This document shows, one piece after another, positions 9,668 to 17,395 of a DNA stretch of 46,736 bases (the stretch's first letter is position 1; every line of letters begins with the position of its first letter). The position numbers and the translations under genes are program-made. This DNA is from Escherichia phage BEK6. Where the stretch lies: sequence record MN158208.1. One strand, 5' to 3'. The notes beneath the pieces are model-generated. The model worked only from the letters and a program-made list of their open reading frames with translations. It had not been told where the DNA came from and ran no database searches.

Positions 9668-10324
9668 ATGGCTCATTTATCAAATGGCACGCAGGTCTTC
9701 GTAGAAGGATCTCGCGGAACTGCAATTAACGTAACTGCAATCTCTAACGCAGATAAACCAGTTTTAACCGTATCTAGCGCATCTGACCTGGCTAAGGGTG
9801 ACTACCTTCTGTTTACCGCCTCCAGCTCAACCCTACTTAGCGACAAGCACGTGAGAGTAACTGAAGTTTCTGGCACTTCGGTAACAGTTGAAGGTATTGA
9901 TACCTCCAACACCACTAAGTTCCCTGCTGGCTTAACTGGTGAAGTTGTTAAGATTACTTCATGGTTCGAAGTCCCGTGTGTTCAGTACGTATCTACTGAC
10001 GGCGGCGAACAGCAGTTTGTTAACTTCCAGTGCCTTTCTGATGACCGCGAACAGCAGATTCCGACTTATAAATCTGCGGTAACAAACACCTTCACCTTTG
10101 CTCACGAGTACACCAACCCGGTCTATCCGGTTCTGCGTAAGTACGATGAGTCTGGCCAGGTTGTTGCAATTCGTCTGTTCGTACCTCGCGCTCAGGAAAT
10201 GCGTTTGCAGTCCGGCACTATCGCTTTCAACGACACCCCTACCATTGGTGTTAACGAAATCGAAACGGTATCCATCGCTGTATCCATTCGTGGCCGCCTG
10301 TCATCTGTGGCAGCTGAAGTTTAA
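9668..10324 (+). CDS. major tail protein
   Basis: 218-aa ORF with AAAAGGAAAAA RBS followed by a strong terminator (10331-10356); located before the chaperone/tape-measure genes. Confidence 0.6.
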   Translation: MAHLSNGTQVFVEGSRGTAINVTAISNADKPVLTVSSASDLAKGDYLLFTASSSTLLSDKHVRVTEVSGTSVTVEGIDTSNTTKFPAGLTGEVVKITSWFEVPCVQYVSTDGGEQQFVNFQCLSDDREQQIPTYKSAVTNTFTFAHEYTNPVYPVLRKYDESGQVVAIRLFVPRAQEMRLQSGTIAFNDTPTIGVNEIETVSIAVSIRGRLSSVAAEV

Positions 10325-10330
10325 AACACA

Positions 10331-10356
10331 AACCCTCTTCGGAGGGTTTTTTATTG
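10331..10356 (+). terminator. rho-independent terminator after the major tail gene
   Basis: CCCTC-ttcg-GAGGG followed by TTTTTTATT. Confidence 0.65.
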
Positions 10357-10357
10357 C

Positions 10358-10375
10358 ATAGCACTTTTTGATAAA
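10358..10375 (+). promoter_or_regulatory. gene-boundary palindrome copy (ATAGCACTTTTTGATAAA) with -10-like TATAGT 22 bp downstream
   Basis: TTGATA ends 10373, TATAGT 10396-10401, CATCGAAACGAAA 10407-10419, ATG 10435. Confidence 0.5.
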
Positions 10376-10434
10376 GCACTTATTCAGTTTTGCTGTATAG
10401 TTAACTCATCGAAACGAAATGGGGGAATTAAGAG

Positions 10435-10683
10435 ATGAATAACGTTAAAAACATTATCAAACTTACTGCGGTTCTGGTTGCTTTTTATGCGGTAGTTCAG
10501 ATTGTTAACCCAACTGGCGAGGCTGATGCAAATAGCAAGGCAAACAAATATACTGTTGAATTTTCCAAGGCTTATCGAGCATGTCAGGAGCTTGTGGGTG
10601 GTAAGGTTGACCAAATAATGAAATATGGCAAAGAGGTTTGTAAGGACTCAGCCGCTAAGATTGCAAAAGAAAACACTAAGTAA
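10435..10683 (+). CDS. small secreted/membrane protein (moron)
   Basis: 82-aa ORF with hydrophobic N-terminus (IIKLTAVLVAFYAVVQIV); preceded by its own palindrome / -10-like / CATCGAAACGAAA leader module. Confidence 0.5.
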   Translation: MNNVKNIIKLTAVLVAFYAVVQIVNPTGEADANSKANKYTVEFSKAYRACQELVGGKVDQIMKYGKEVCKDSAAKIAKENTK

Positions 10684-10721
10684 TAGAATACATACTCATA
10701 AACAATAAGGGGATCAACAAA

Positions 10722-11036
10722 ATGGCTAAATTCAAACTTTCACTGTCGGCACTTCCTGACTTTAAGCTGCCGGTAAAATTCAAGCTGGCTAACGACCAGG
10801 ATGTAGAGGTTATCTTTACAGTAAAGCATAAGAAAACATCTGAGCTTCAGGAATTGCTTAATAAAGAAGGACTGAGCACCAAAGAACTCATCATGGCAAT
10901 TGCTTCTGATTGGGATTTGGAGGAAGAATACAACGAGGATAACGTTAATGAGTTCTCCGACCTGTTCCCGGCCTCAACCGTTGCACTTACTACCGCTTAT
11001 ATGCAGGCACTGGCAGGCCAGCGGGTAAAAAACTAA
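10722..11036 (+). CDS. tail assembly chaperone (gpG-like)
   Basis: 104-aa acidic ORF directly upstream of the tape measure gene, ending at a slippery A_AAA_AAC. Confidence 0.6.
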   Translation: MAKFKLSLSALPDFKLPVKFKLANDQDVEVIFTVKHKKTSELQELLNKEGLSTKELIMAIASDWDLEEEYNEDNVNEFSDLFPASTVALTTAYMQALAGQRVKN

Positions 11037-11356
11037 AGAGGGCGGTGTATCTACAGTACCAGTCAGAGCCAACTGATGCCGAACTGGAAGCTATTGGGAT
11101 GCGCCGCTCTGATTACGAAGACGAAGAGCCTGAAGTTTTACACTTCGACGACAACATGATGAAGGCTTGGGACATTTATTGTTCAATGGCCACGCAATGG
11201 AGGGTTGGAGCTAACGGACCTACAGGGTTAGATTACAACGTGCTAAATTTCCTCTTTAGAGTGTATAATGTCTCAGAAGAAGAATTGGTGCTCAGTGATT
11301 TACGCATCCTTGAAGCTAAGGCTCTCGAGATGATGGATAATCTGAGAAAAAAATAA
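10722..11356 (+). CDS. tail assembly chaperone, predicted -1 frameshift product (gpGT-like)
   Basis: Heptamer A_AAA_AAC at 11027-11033 in the zero frame, 1 nt before the G stop; the -1 frame is open through 11356. Confidence 0.45.
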
Positions 11357-11376
11357 CCCGCTTCGGCGGGTTTTCT
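11356..11376 (+). terminator. hairpin + T-run before the tape measure gene
   Basis: ACCCGC-ttcg-GCGGGT followed by TTTTCT. Confidence 0.5.
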
Positions 11377-11391
11377 ATTATGGAGGCTTAG

Positions 11392-14370
11392 ATGGCAACA
11401 AATGAATTAGCCGGAATTACACTAGCCGTAGACGTCTCGCAGGTAGATAGAGGTACACAGTCCCTGCAGAAGTTCAGACAGGCAAACCAGCAGGCCGCTT
11501 CCGGCATTAGTGAGTTCGTCAACGCCGAGCAGGTTGCAAAGAATCAAGCCAGAGACACAGCTCGCGCACTTGCTGAACAGCAAGCATCTTTAGCTAAATT
11601 GCAAACAGCTATTGACCCAACTGCGGCAAAGTTCCGTAAGCTGCAAGAGGCAGCGGTAGGTCTTGATAAGGCATTCGCGGCTGGCGTGGTTCCTGATGAG
11701 GAGTTTTTCCGCTTAGGTGAGGCGCTTGAAACGCAGAGCGCAAAGCTTGCTCGCTCACGTGCGGCGCTAACTGAAGAGGGAAGGGCGGCGGCACAGGCTG
11801 CAAAGGATAAAGCAAAAGCAAAGGCTGAAGCTGATAGATTCATTGCATCACTTGAGCGTCAGGCTCAGGCGGCGACATTGACGAGAGAGGAGTACCTAAA
11901 GCTACAAGCGGCCCAGCTTGGAGTTAGTTCCCAGGCTGCGCCCATCATTGACAGAATCGCCGATGCATCACAGAAGGCAAACACCCAGCTAATTGCTCAA
12001 AGCAAGGCCTTTCAACGCTCTGGCTTAAGCGCAGGTCAATACAAGGCTGCAATCTCTCAATTGCCAGCGCAGATTACAGATATTGGGACATCACTTGCTG
12101 GCGGCATTCCGATTTGGCTTATTGCAATTCAGCAAGGCGGACAAATTAAGGATGCATTTGGAGGTATTGGTAACACATTTAGGTTTGCGCTTGCTGCTTT
12201 AAACCCGTTCAACGTAGCAGTTGGTGTTCTCGGTGGCGCTCTTGTTGCTTTAGGCGTCGGTGCTGCGCAGGCTGAAAGTGAATTCAGGGCGTTAAACTCT
12301 GCCATTGCGTTCTCAAACAACTCCACAATCGCATCAATCTCGCAGGTTAGAGAGTTGGTTAGCTCTGTTTCTGATGCTACTGGCGCAACCAGAGGGCTTG
12401 TGACTAGCATCGCAACAAGCCTTATTGAGCAAGGGAACCTTACACTGACGCAGATTGACAAGATTACCAAATCAACCGCCAGATGGGCGCAGTTGACAGG
12501 TAAGGATGCGAAGGAGATTACTGGTTACTATAACCAGATTGCAAGCGACCCAATCCAGGGTTTAGTTGACTTGGATAAGCGATTTAACTTCCTCACGCAG
12601 GGGCAATTGACGACAATCGAAAGATTGAGAGAGACTAGGGGTGAGGTTGAAGCTGTTACCGCCGCGATTGATATTTTCAGCAAGTCACAGGAAGCTAACC
12701 TTAACGACATAGCTGCGCAGTTAACTCCACTTGAGTTGGCCTGGAATGATTTTAGAAAGTACATCTCTGATATCTGGGATGCAATTAGTCGTAGAACGGT
12801 TGGGGCGCTGAACTTGTTTGTTGACGTAATAGCAGGAACAATTGAGCAAATCAGGGTCTTCCTTAACAGCGGTGACGTGCTGATTGGTGAATTCGTAATT
12901 AGCTCAATTCAGGCGTTGCAGAACATACCTGGTCTTGATGGTGTCGGTGATGACGTTATCAAGGCTCAGCGGGAGATTATCGATGCAGCTAAGAAGAATA
13001 ACCTTGAGCTAGAAAAGTCTATCAGGGAGCGAGACGCTAGAATAAGAAAAGGAGAAATGGGTTACGTTACTCGCAGAGAGAATCAGAATACCAATGAGCA
13101 GCCAGGCACGGATGAGGAGTTTGCAAAGAGGAAGAAGGCGCTTCAGGATGAGCTTGACGCGATTAAGAAGAACAGGAAAGAGGAAAATGGGAGGGTTAAG
13201 GAGCAAAGGGATTTAACAATTGGTTACGAATCTGGCGTGCTGGCACTTCAGGCTCAACTCAAGGTTCTTCAGGAAAATAGGGATATTGGCGCATTAATAA
13301 GTAATGAGCGCAAGCAGTATCTTCAAGAGGAGGCTAAATTCAGGATTCTTGAGCAGAGGCAACTTGATGGCTCAATTACCAAAGAGCAGGCAAGACTTCT
13401 CATTGAAAAGGATAAAGTTCTTGCACTCGCAAGTCAGAAAGCTGAGTTAGGCGATCAGATTGTTTTGCAGGAGCGTGCCAATAAGTTAGCTGAAGATAAC
13501 CGCAAAAAGATTCTTCAGATTAACAATGAGGCAAGCAATATTAATTTTGGGGCTGGCCTGTCTTCTCGGGAACAGCAGAGGGCAAGAGAGATCCAGGCTC
13601 TTCAGTCAAATCAGGTTAATGCTGGCGGCTCTCTTGATGATGTTGATTTCCAGCAGTTACTTGAAGCGAGAAAGGAATACTACAAGCAGGAGGATAATCT
13701 TAGGTCAGACTGGCAATCTGGTGTAACATCCACTCTCGCCGACTTGACAGAGAAATATACAGACTACAACCAGATTGCTAAGGACTTAACCGTTGCGGCA
13801 TTTGACGGGATTACAGAGCAAATTACAAACCTTGTAACCACTGGTGAGACGAACTTTAGGGAGTTCACAACAAGCATCCTGAAAATGATTGCGAAGATTG
13901 CAACTCAATTGCTTTTAGTTAAGGCCATCGAATCAACACTAACTAGTTTTGGTGGTGGTGGAGGTAACGCGTTTGGCTCATTTGCATCTGCTATGGGGTT
14001 CGCTGGCGGCGGCTACACTGGTGATGGTGGAAAATATCAGCCAGCAGGAACGGTACACCGTGGTGAGTTTGTATTCACAAAAGAAGCGACTAGCAGAATT
14101 GGCGTGAAAAACCTTTATGCGCTAATGAAGGGTTACGCAAACGGCGGTGCTGTTGGTGGTCCATCTGGTTATGCTAATGGCGGCTTGGTTTCTGGTGGGT
14201 CAAATGTTAATGTTAGTGGCATCACCGTTAACGTAAGCTCGGGTTTTGGTAGCGACCCAGAACAGGCTAAGGCATTGCAAAGTGGAGTCAAGGCTATCGT
14301 AGCGGAAGAGATTGCTCAGTCTTTCCAGCAGGGCGGCCGTGCGTATGCTTACCTTCGCGGATTCAACTAA
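11392..14370 (+). CDS. tail tape measure protein
   Basis: 992-aa ORF, GGAGG RBS, long Ala/Gln/Glu-rich coiled-coil regions and Gly-rich C-terminus; canonical position after G/GT. Confidence 0.85.
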   Translation: MATNELAGITLAVDVSQVDRGTQSLQKFRQANQQAASGISEFVNAEQVAKNQARDTARALAEQQASLAKLQTAIDPTAAKFRKLQEAAVGLDKAFAAGVVPDEEFFRLGEALETQSAKLARSRAALTEEGRAAAQAAKDKAKAKAEADRFIASLERQAQAATLTREEYLKLQAAQLGVSSQAAPIIDRIADASQKANTQLIAQSKAFQRSGLSAGQYKAAISQLPAQITDIGTSLAGGIPIWLIAIQQGGQIKDAFGGIGNTFRFALAALNPFNVAVGVLGGALVALGVGAAQAESEFRALNSAIAFSNNSTIASISQVRELVSSVSDATGATRGLVTSIATSLIEQGNLTLTQIDKITKSTARWAQLTGKDAKEITGYYNQIASDPIQGLVDLDKRFNFLTQGQLTTIERLRETRGEVEAVTAAIDIFSKSQEANLNDIAAQLTPLELAWNDFRKYISDIWDAISRRTVGALNLFVDVIAGTIEQIRVFLNSGDVLIGEFVISSIQALQNIPGLDGVGDDVIKAQREIIDAAKKNNLELEKSIRERDARIRKGEMGYVTRRENQNTNEQPGTDEEFAKRKKALQDELDAIKKNRKEENGRVKEQRDLTIGYESGVLALQAQLKVLQENRDIGALISNERKQYLQEEAKFRILEQRQLDGSITKEQARLLIEKDKVLALASQKAELGDQIVLQERANKLAEDNRKKILQINNEASNINFGAGLSSREQQRAREIQALQSNQVNAGGSLDDVDFQQLLEARKEYYKQEDNLRSDWQSGVTSTLADLTEKYTDYNQIAKDLTVAAFDGITEQITNLVTTGETNFREFTTSILKMIAKIATQLLLVKAIESTLTSFGGGGGNAFGSFASAMGFAGGGYTGDGGKYQPAGTVHRGEFVFTKEATSRIGVKNLYALMKGYANGGAVGGPSGYANGGLVSGGSNVNVSGITVNVSSGFGSDPEQAKALQSGVKAIVAEEIAQSFQQGGRAYAYLRGFN

Positions 14371-14400
14371 TTAACGGGGCTTCGGCCCCTAAGGATTTTT

Positions 14401-14751
14401 ATGGCTATTGACACATTTACCTGGTGCACTCAGATACAAAATGGAGGTGCTGCATTTTCCAACACAAACAACGTGCGAATTGTTAGCTTCGGTAATGGTT
14501 ACGAACAGCGCGGAACGGGAGGATACCGCAGCAACAAGCGCAGTTATCAGATGACTTACACTAACGAGGACTGGCGCGATGTGATGGACTTTTGCTTCAA
14601 CCACATCATTACTCCATTTTTCTGGACTACGCCGCAGGGCGATACATCCATGTTTGTTATTCAGCAGGATAGCATTAGCGTAACACCGCTAAGCAAGCAG
14701 ATTCAGACTGTAAGCATGCAATTCGTAGAAGTATTTAGTTCAATGCGTTAA
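14401..14751 (+). CDS. minor tail protein (lambda gpM-like)
   Basis: 116-aa ORF immediately after the tape measure gene; size/position as lambda M. Confidence 0.55.
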   Translation: MAIDTFTWCTQIQNGGAAFSNTNNVRIVSFGNGYEQRGTGGYRSNKRSYQMTYTNEDWRDVMDFCFNHIITPFFWTTPQGDTSMFVIQQDSISVTPLSKQIQTVSMQFVEVFSSMR

Positions 14752-14755
14752 ACTA

Positions 14756-14776
14756 AGCCCCATTAGGGGCTTTTTT
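14756..14776 (+). terminator. hairpin + T-run between M-like and L-like genes
   Basis: AGCCCC-atta-GGGGCT followed by TTTTTT, then TTGGAGAAAATC-ATG. Confidence 0.55.
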
Positions 14777-14789
14777 ATTGGAGAAAATC

Positions 14790-15545
14790 ATGTTAAGTCC
14801 AAAGTTTGAAAATCAGCTGCAAAGCCTTTTCCCTGGCGAGATTGTGACACTAATCCAGGTTGACGGAACCTCCTTCGGAAGTCTCGTTTACAACTTCCAC
14901 AATGAGAACATTTCATACACGCCAGAAGAGATTATGCTGTCCCAGATGAATGGGGAGCCACTACCAGAGAAGACTATTACATTTCGCGGTGAAGAGTATG
15001 GTCCTAGACCTTTCGGTATCTCGGGCATCAATATGACTTCTGACGGCAAGGCAAACAAAGTAACGCTAACAGTATCAAACGTGGACCAGCGTATCAGTGC
15101 CTTGATTCGCACTTACAATGGATTAGTCAAGGCTAAGGTTACTATCTGGATTACCACACGTGATAACATCAATGAAGATGGAAGTATTGCTGATGGTGAC
15201 TATCGCCGATTTGTTTACTTCATTGAGCGACCTAAGCAGGTTGATTACAAAACTGCGTCATTTGAGCTTAGTAGCCCGATGGATATGGATGGCATTTATA
15301 TCCCGGCGAGACTTGTTCAGTCTGTTTGCTATTGGGCTTCACGTGGCTGGTATCGTAGCGGGAATGGTTGCGACTACGCTGGTAATCGTTACTTTGACAA
15401 GGATGATAACCCAGTATCAGACCCTTCATTAGACTTCTGCGCCGGAACGGTTAATAGCTGTAAAATTAGATTTGGTGAGAATAATCAGCTTTCATTTGGT
15501 GGATGCGCGGCAGCAAGCCTTCAAGCTAAAGCAAATCAGAGCTAA
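14790..15545 (+). CDS. minor tail protein (lambda gpL-like)
   Basis: Cys-containing C-terminal region (CYWASRGWY...GNGCDYAGN...DFCAGTVNSC) like the gpL Fe-S motif; GGAGAAAATC-ATG start after a terminator. Confidence 0.7.
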   Translation: MLSPKFENQLQSLFPGEIVTLIQVDGTSFGSLVYNFHNENISYTPEEIMLSQMNGEPLPEKTITFRGEEYGPRPFGISGINMTSDGKANKVTLTVSNVDQRISALIRTYNGLVKAKVTIWITTRDNINEDGSIADGDYRRFVYFIERPKQVDYKTASFELSSPMDMDGIYIPARLVQSVCYWASRGWYRSGNGCDYAGNRYFDKDDNPVSDPSLDFCAGTVNSCKIRFGENNQLSFGGCAAASLQAKANQS

Positions 15546-15563
15546 ATAGCACGAATTGCTAAA
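15544..15563 (+). promoter_or_regulatory. gene-boundary palindrome copy AAATAGCACGAATTGCTAAA
   Basis: Overlaps stop of the L-like gene; TATAGT at 15584-15589 exactly 22 bp after TTGCTA. Confidence 0.5.
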
Positions 15564-15618
15564 CGATGAAGCCATGGATGGCGTATAGTTACTTCACACA
15601 AACGAGAGGGGTTAAAAA

Positions 15619-15981
15619 ATGTTCTACATTAAATTTAACGGATACAAAAAAGATAAAGAAGAATGCGAAGGTTTATTTTCTGTTGGTGAAACTTACGCCT
15701 GCGATGTTGTTGACTCGGGTAGGTACTATCAGGTTAGGGATGATGATGGTAAAACTGTAAAATTTAGCAGCATGCTCCATGATAGTTATTACAGCTTTTC
15801 ACGAGTTCATATTGAGGAAGATAGCTTAACTTTGATCAAATATGCGCGTGATGGAGAAATGAAATATCGAATGAATGGTGTTGATGTTACTAAGTCATTC
15901 TTTGAGGATAAGCTTCGTGAAGTTGAGTTACTTAAATCAAGAGGTGTTTCTGTGTTTGTAGATTTTGAGGTTAGTTTTTAA
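15619..15981 (+). CDS. hypothetical protein (moron between L-like and K-like genes)
   Basis: 120-aa ORF preceded by palindrome (15544-15563) / TATAGT (15584-15589) / leader module and followed by strong terminator 16005-16030. Confidence 0.5.
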   Translation: MFYIKFNGYKKDKEECEGLFSVGETYACDVVDSGRYYQVRDDDGKTVKFSSMLHDSYYSFSRVHIEEDSLTLIKYARDGEMKYRMNGVDVTKSFFEDKLREVELLKSRGVSVFVDFEVSF

Positions 15982-16004
15982 TAAACGAGATTAGTGTTAA
16001 ACTG

Positions 16005-16030
16005 GGTCAATCGAGAGATTGACCTTTTTT
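16005..16030 (+). terminator. rho-independent terminator after the moron at 15619
   Basis: GGTCAATC-gaga-GATTGACC followed by TTTTTT, then TTGGAGATAAA-ATG. Confidence 0.6.
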
Positions 16031-16042
16031 ATTGGAGATAAA

Positions 16043-16801
16043 ATGTTAACACCAAAAGTTAAACTGGAAATCTTCCAGCACGCAAAGGAAGCTTACCCGC
16101 ACGAATGTTGTGGGGTAGTGACCCAGAAGGGTCGTGCCCAGAAGTATCACAGAATCACAAATGCCAGCAAAGACCCTGAGAATGAGTTCATCCTTGATTC
16201 GAATGAGTATGCCGACATTGCATTTAATCTGGTTGATAACGAGTCAATTGTTTATGTAGTTCACTCACACACTGGTGATGGTGCAACAACAAGACCTAGC
16301 CCTGCGGATACATGTAGCTGTAATGAATGCGAGATTCCTTATGTAATTGTCAGCATTCCAGAGGGCGATATGCGCATCCTTGAACCTTCAACCATGCCAC
16401 TGATTGGCCGCCCGTGGGGTCTTGGAAGCTTTGATTGCTGGGGGCTAGTGATGAGTTTTCACAAGAAATACGGTGTCAAACTGAATGACTACCGAGTTAA
16501 TTACCCGTGGTGGGAGAAACGGTACAATGAAAATATCTATGACGACAACTGGATTAAGGAAGGATTTGAGCTGGTAAAAACTTCAGACATCCCGGTTGGC
16601 TCAATGATTATGATGCAGGTGCAGAGTGAGGTAACAAACCACGCTGGAGTATACATTGGCAACAACAGATTCATTCACCATCTTTATGGTAAAATGAGTT
16701 CCATTGATATCTATTCCGATTACTGGCGAGAGCGTACAGTGCGGATCGTTCGCCATAAAGATTTACCAGAGGATGTAAATTATGACCCAGAAACTGATTG
16801 A
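16043..16801 (+). CDS. tail tip assembly protein (lambda gpK-like, MPN/JAB + NlpC/P60-type)
   Basis: HSHTGDGATTRPSPADT JAB/MPN-like metal motif plus C-terminal Cys/His hydrolase-like region; GGAG RBS before ATG 16043. Confidence 0.7.
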   Translation: MLTPKVKLEIFQHAKEAYPHECCGVVTQKGRAQKYHRITNASKDPENEFILDSNEYADIAFNLVDNESIVYVVHSHTGDGATTRPSPADTCSCNECEIPYVIVSIPEGDMRILEPSTMPLIGRPWGLGSFDCWGLVMSFHKKYGVKLNDYRVNYPWWEKRYNENIYDDNWIKEGFELVKTSDIPVGSMIMMQVQSEVTNHAGVYIGNNRFIHHLYGKMSSIDIYSDYWRERTVRIVRHKDLPEDVNYDPETD

Positions 16802-17354
16802 TATTAAGTTAGGCCTGTCTCTAGGCCGTAAGTTTGGCAAGATTCACCAGATGGCAGTGAATAGCGTTCCCGAGGCTATGCGAGCACTATGCTCACAGAT
16901 TCCAGCATTCAAAGAATTCATGAACAGTCATGTCGGTCAGAACACAAGATACGCCGTGTTCGTTGATGGCAAAAATGTGAATGAGCATCGAATCTCTGAT
17001 TTTAGTGCCGTTCAGGAGATACGCATCTTACCAATCCCTCAAGGCCGTAAGTCTGGCGGGCTTTTTCAGACTATTTTAGGCGCCGCTCTTATCACGGTTG
17101 GCATCTTTACCGGGCAGATTTATCTTGTTGGCGCTGGCGTATCTTTGGCAGCGGGTGGTATTGCCCAGCTACTTTCACCTCAAGCAACTGGATTAAAGAC
17201 TCAGGACAACCAAACAAGCAACAGAGCATCTTACGCATTCGGCTCCGCAGTAAACACGGTTGCCGCTGGATATCCAGTTTGCCTACCTTATGGTTATCGA
17301 ACGGTTGGCGGCTCTGTGTTTAGTGCTGGCAGTTATTCCGAGGATATCGCTTAA
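16782..17354 (+). CDS. tail assembly protein (lambda gpI-like)
   Basis: 190-aa ORF overlapping the K-like gene end, hydrophobic Gly/Ala-rich C-terminal half; position between K and J homologs. Confidence 0.55.
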   Translation: MTQKLIDIKLGLSLGRKFGKIHQMAVNSVPEAMRALCSQIPAFKEFMNSHVGQNTRYAVFVDGKNVNEHRISDFSAVQEIRILPIPQGRKSGGLFQTILGAALITVGIFTGQIYLVGAGVSLAAGGIAQLLSPQATGLKTQDNQTSNRASYAFGSAVNTVAAGYPVCLPYGYRTVGGSVFSAGSYSEDIA

Positions 17355-17362
17355 ATATCATA

Positions 17363-17384
17363 CCCGCCTAGTGCGGGTTTTTTA
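17363..17384 (+). terminator. hairpin + T-run before the J-like gene
   Basis: CCCGC-ctagt-GCGGG followed by TTTTTTATTT. Confidence 0.5.
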
Positions 17385-17395
17385 TTTAGTGTAGA

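Noticed and set aside
11544-13726. Short ORFs inside the tape measure gene on both strands
   Set aside because: Embedded in a 992-aa ORF with strong positional support; Ala/Ser-rich shadow translations typical of GC-rich antisense frames.
14361-14394. Hairpin GGGGC-ttcg-GCCCC after the tape measure gene as a terminator
   Set aside because: Short stem and no immediately following T-run (the T-run is separated by TAAGGA, which looks like the RBS of the next gene); more likely RBS-proximal structure than a true terminator.
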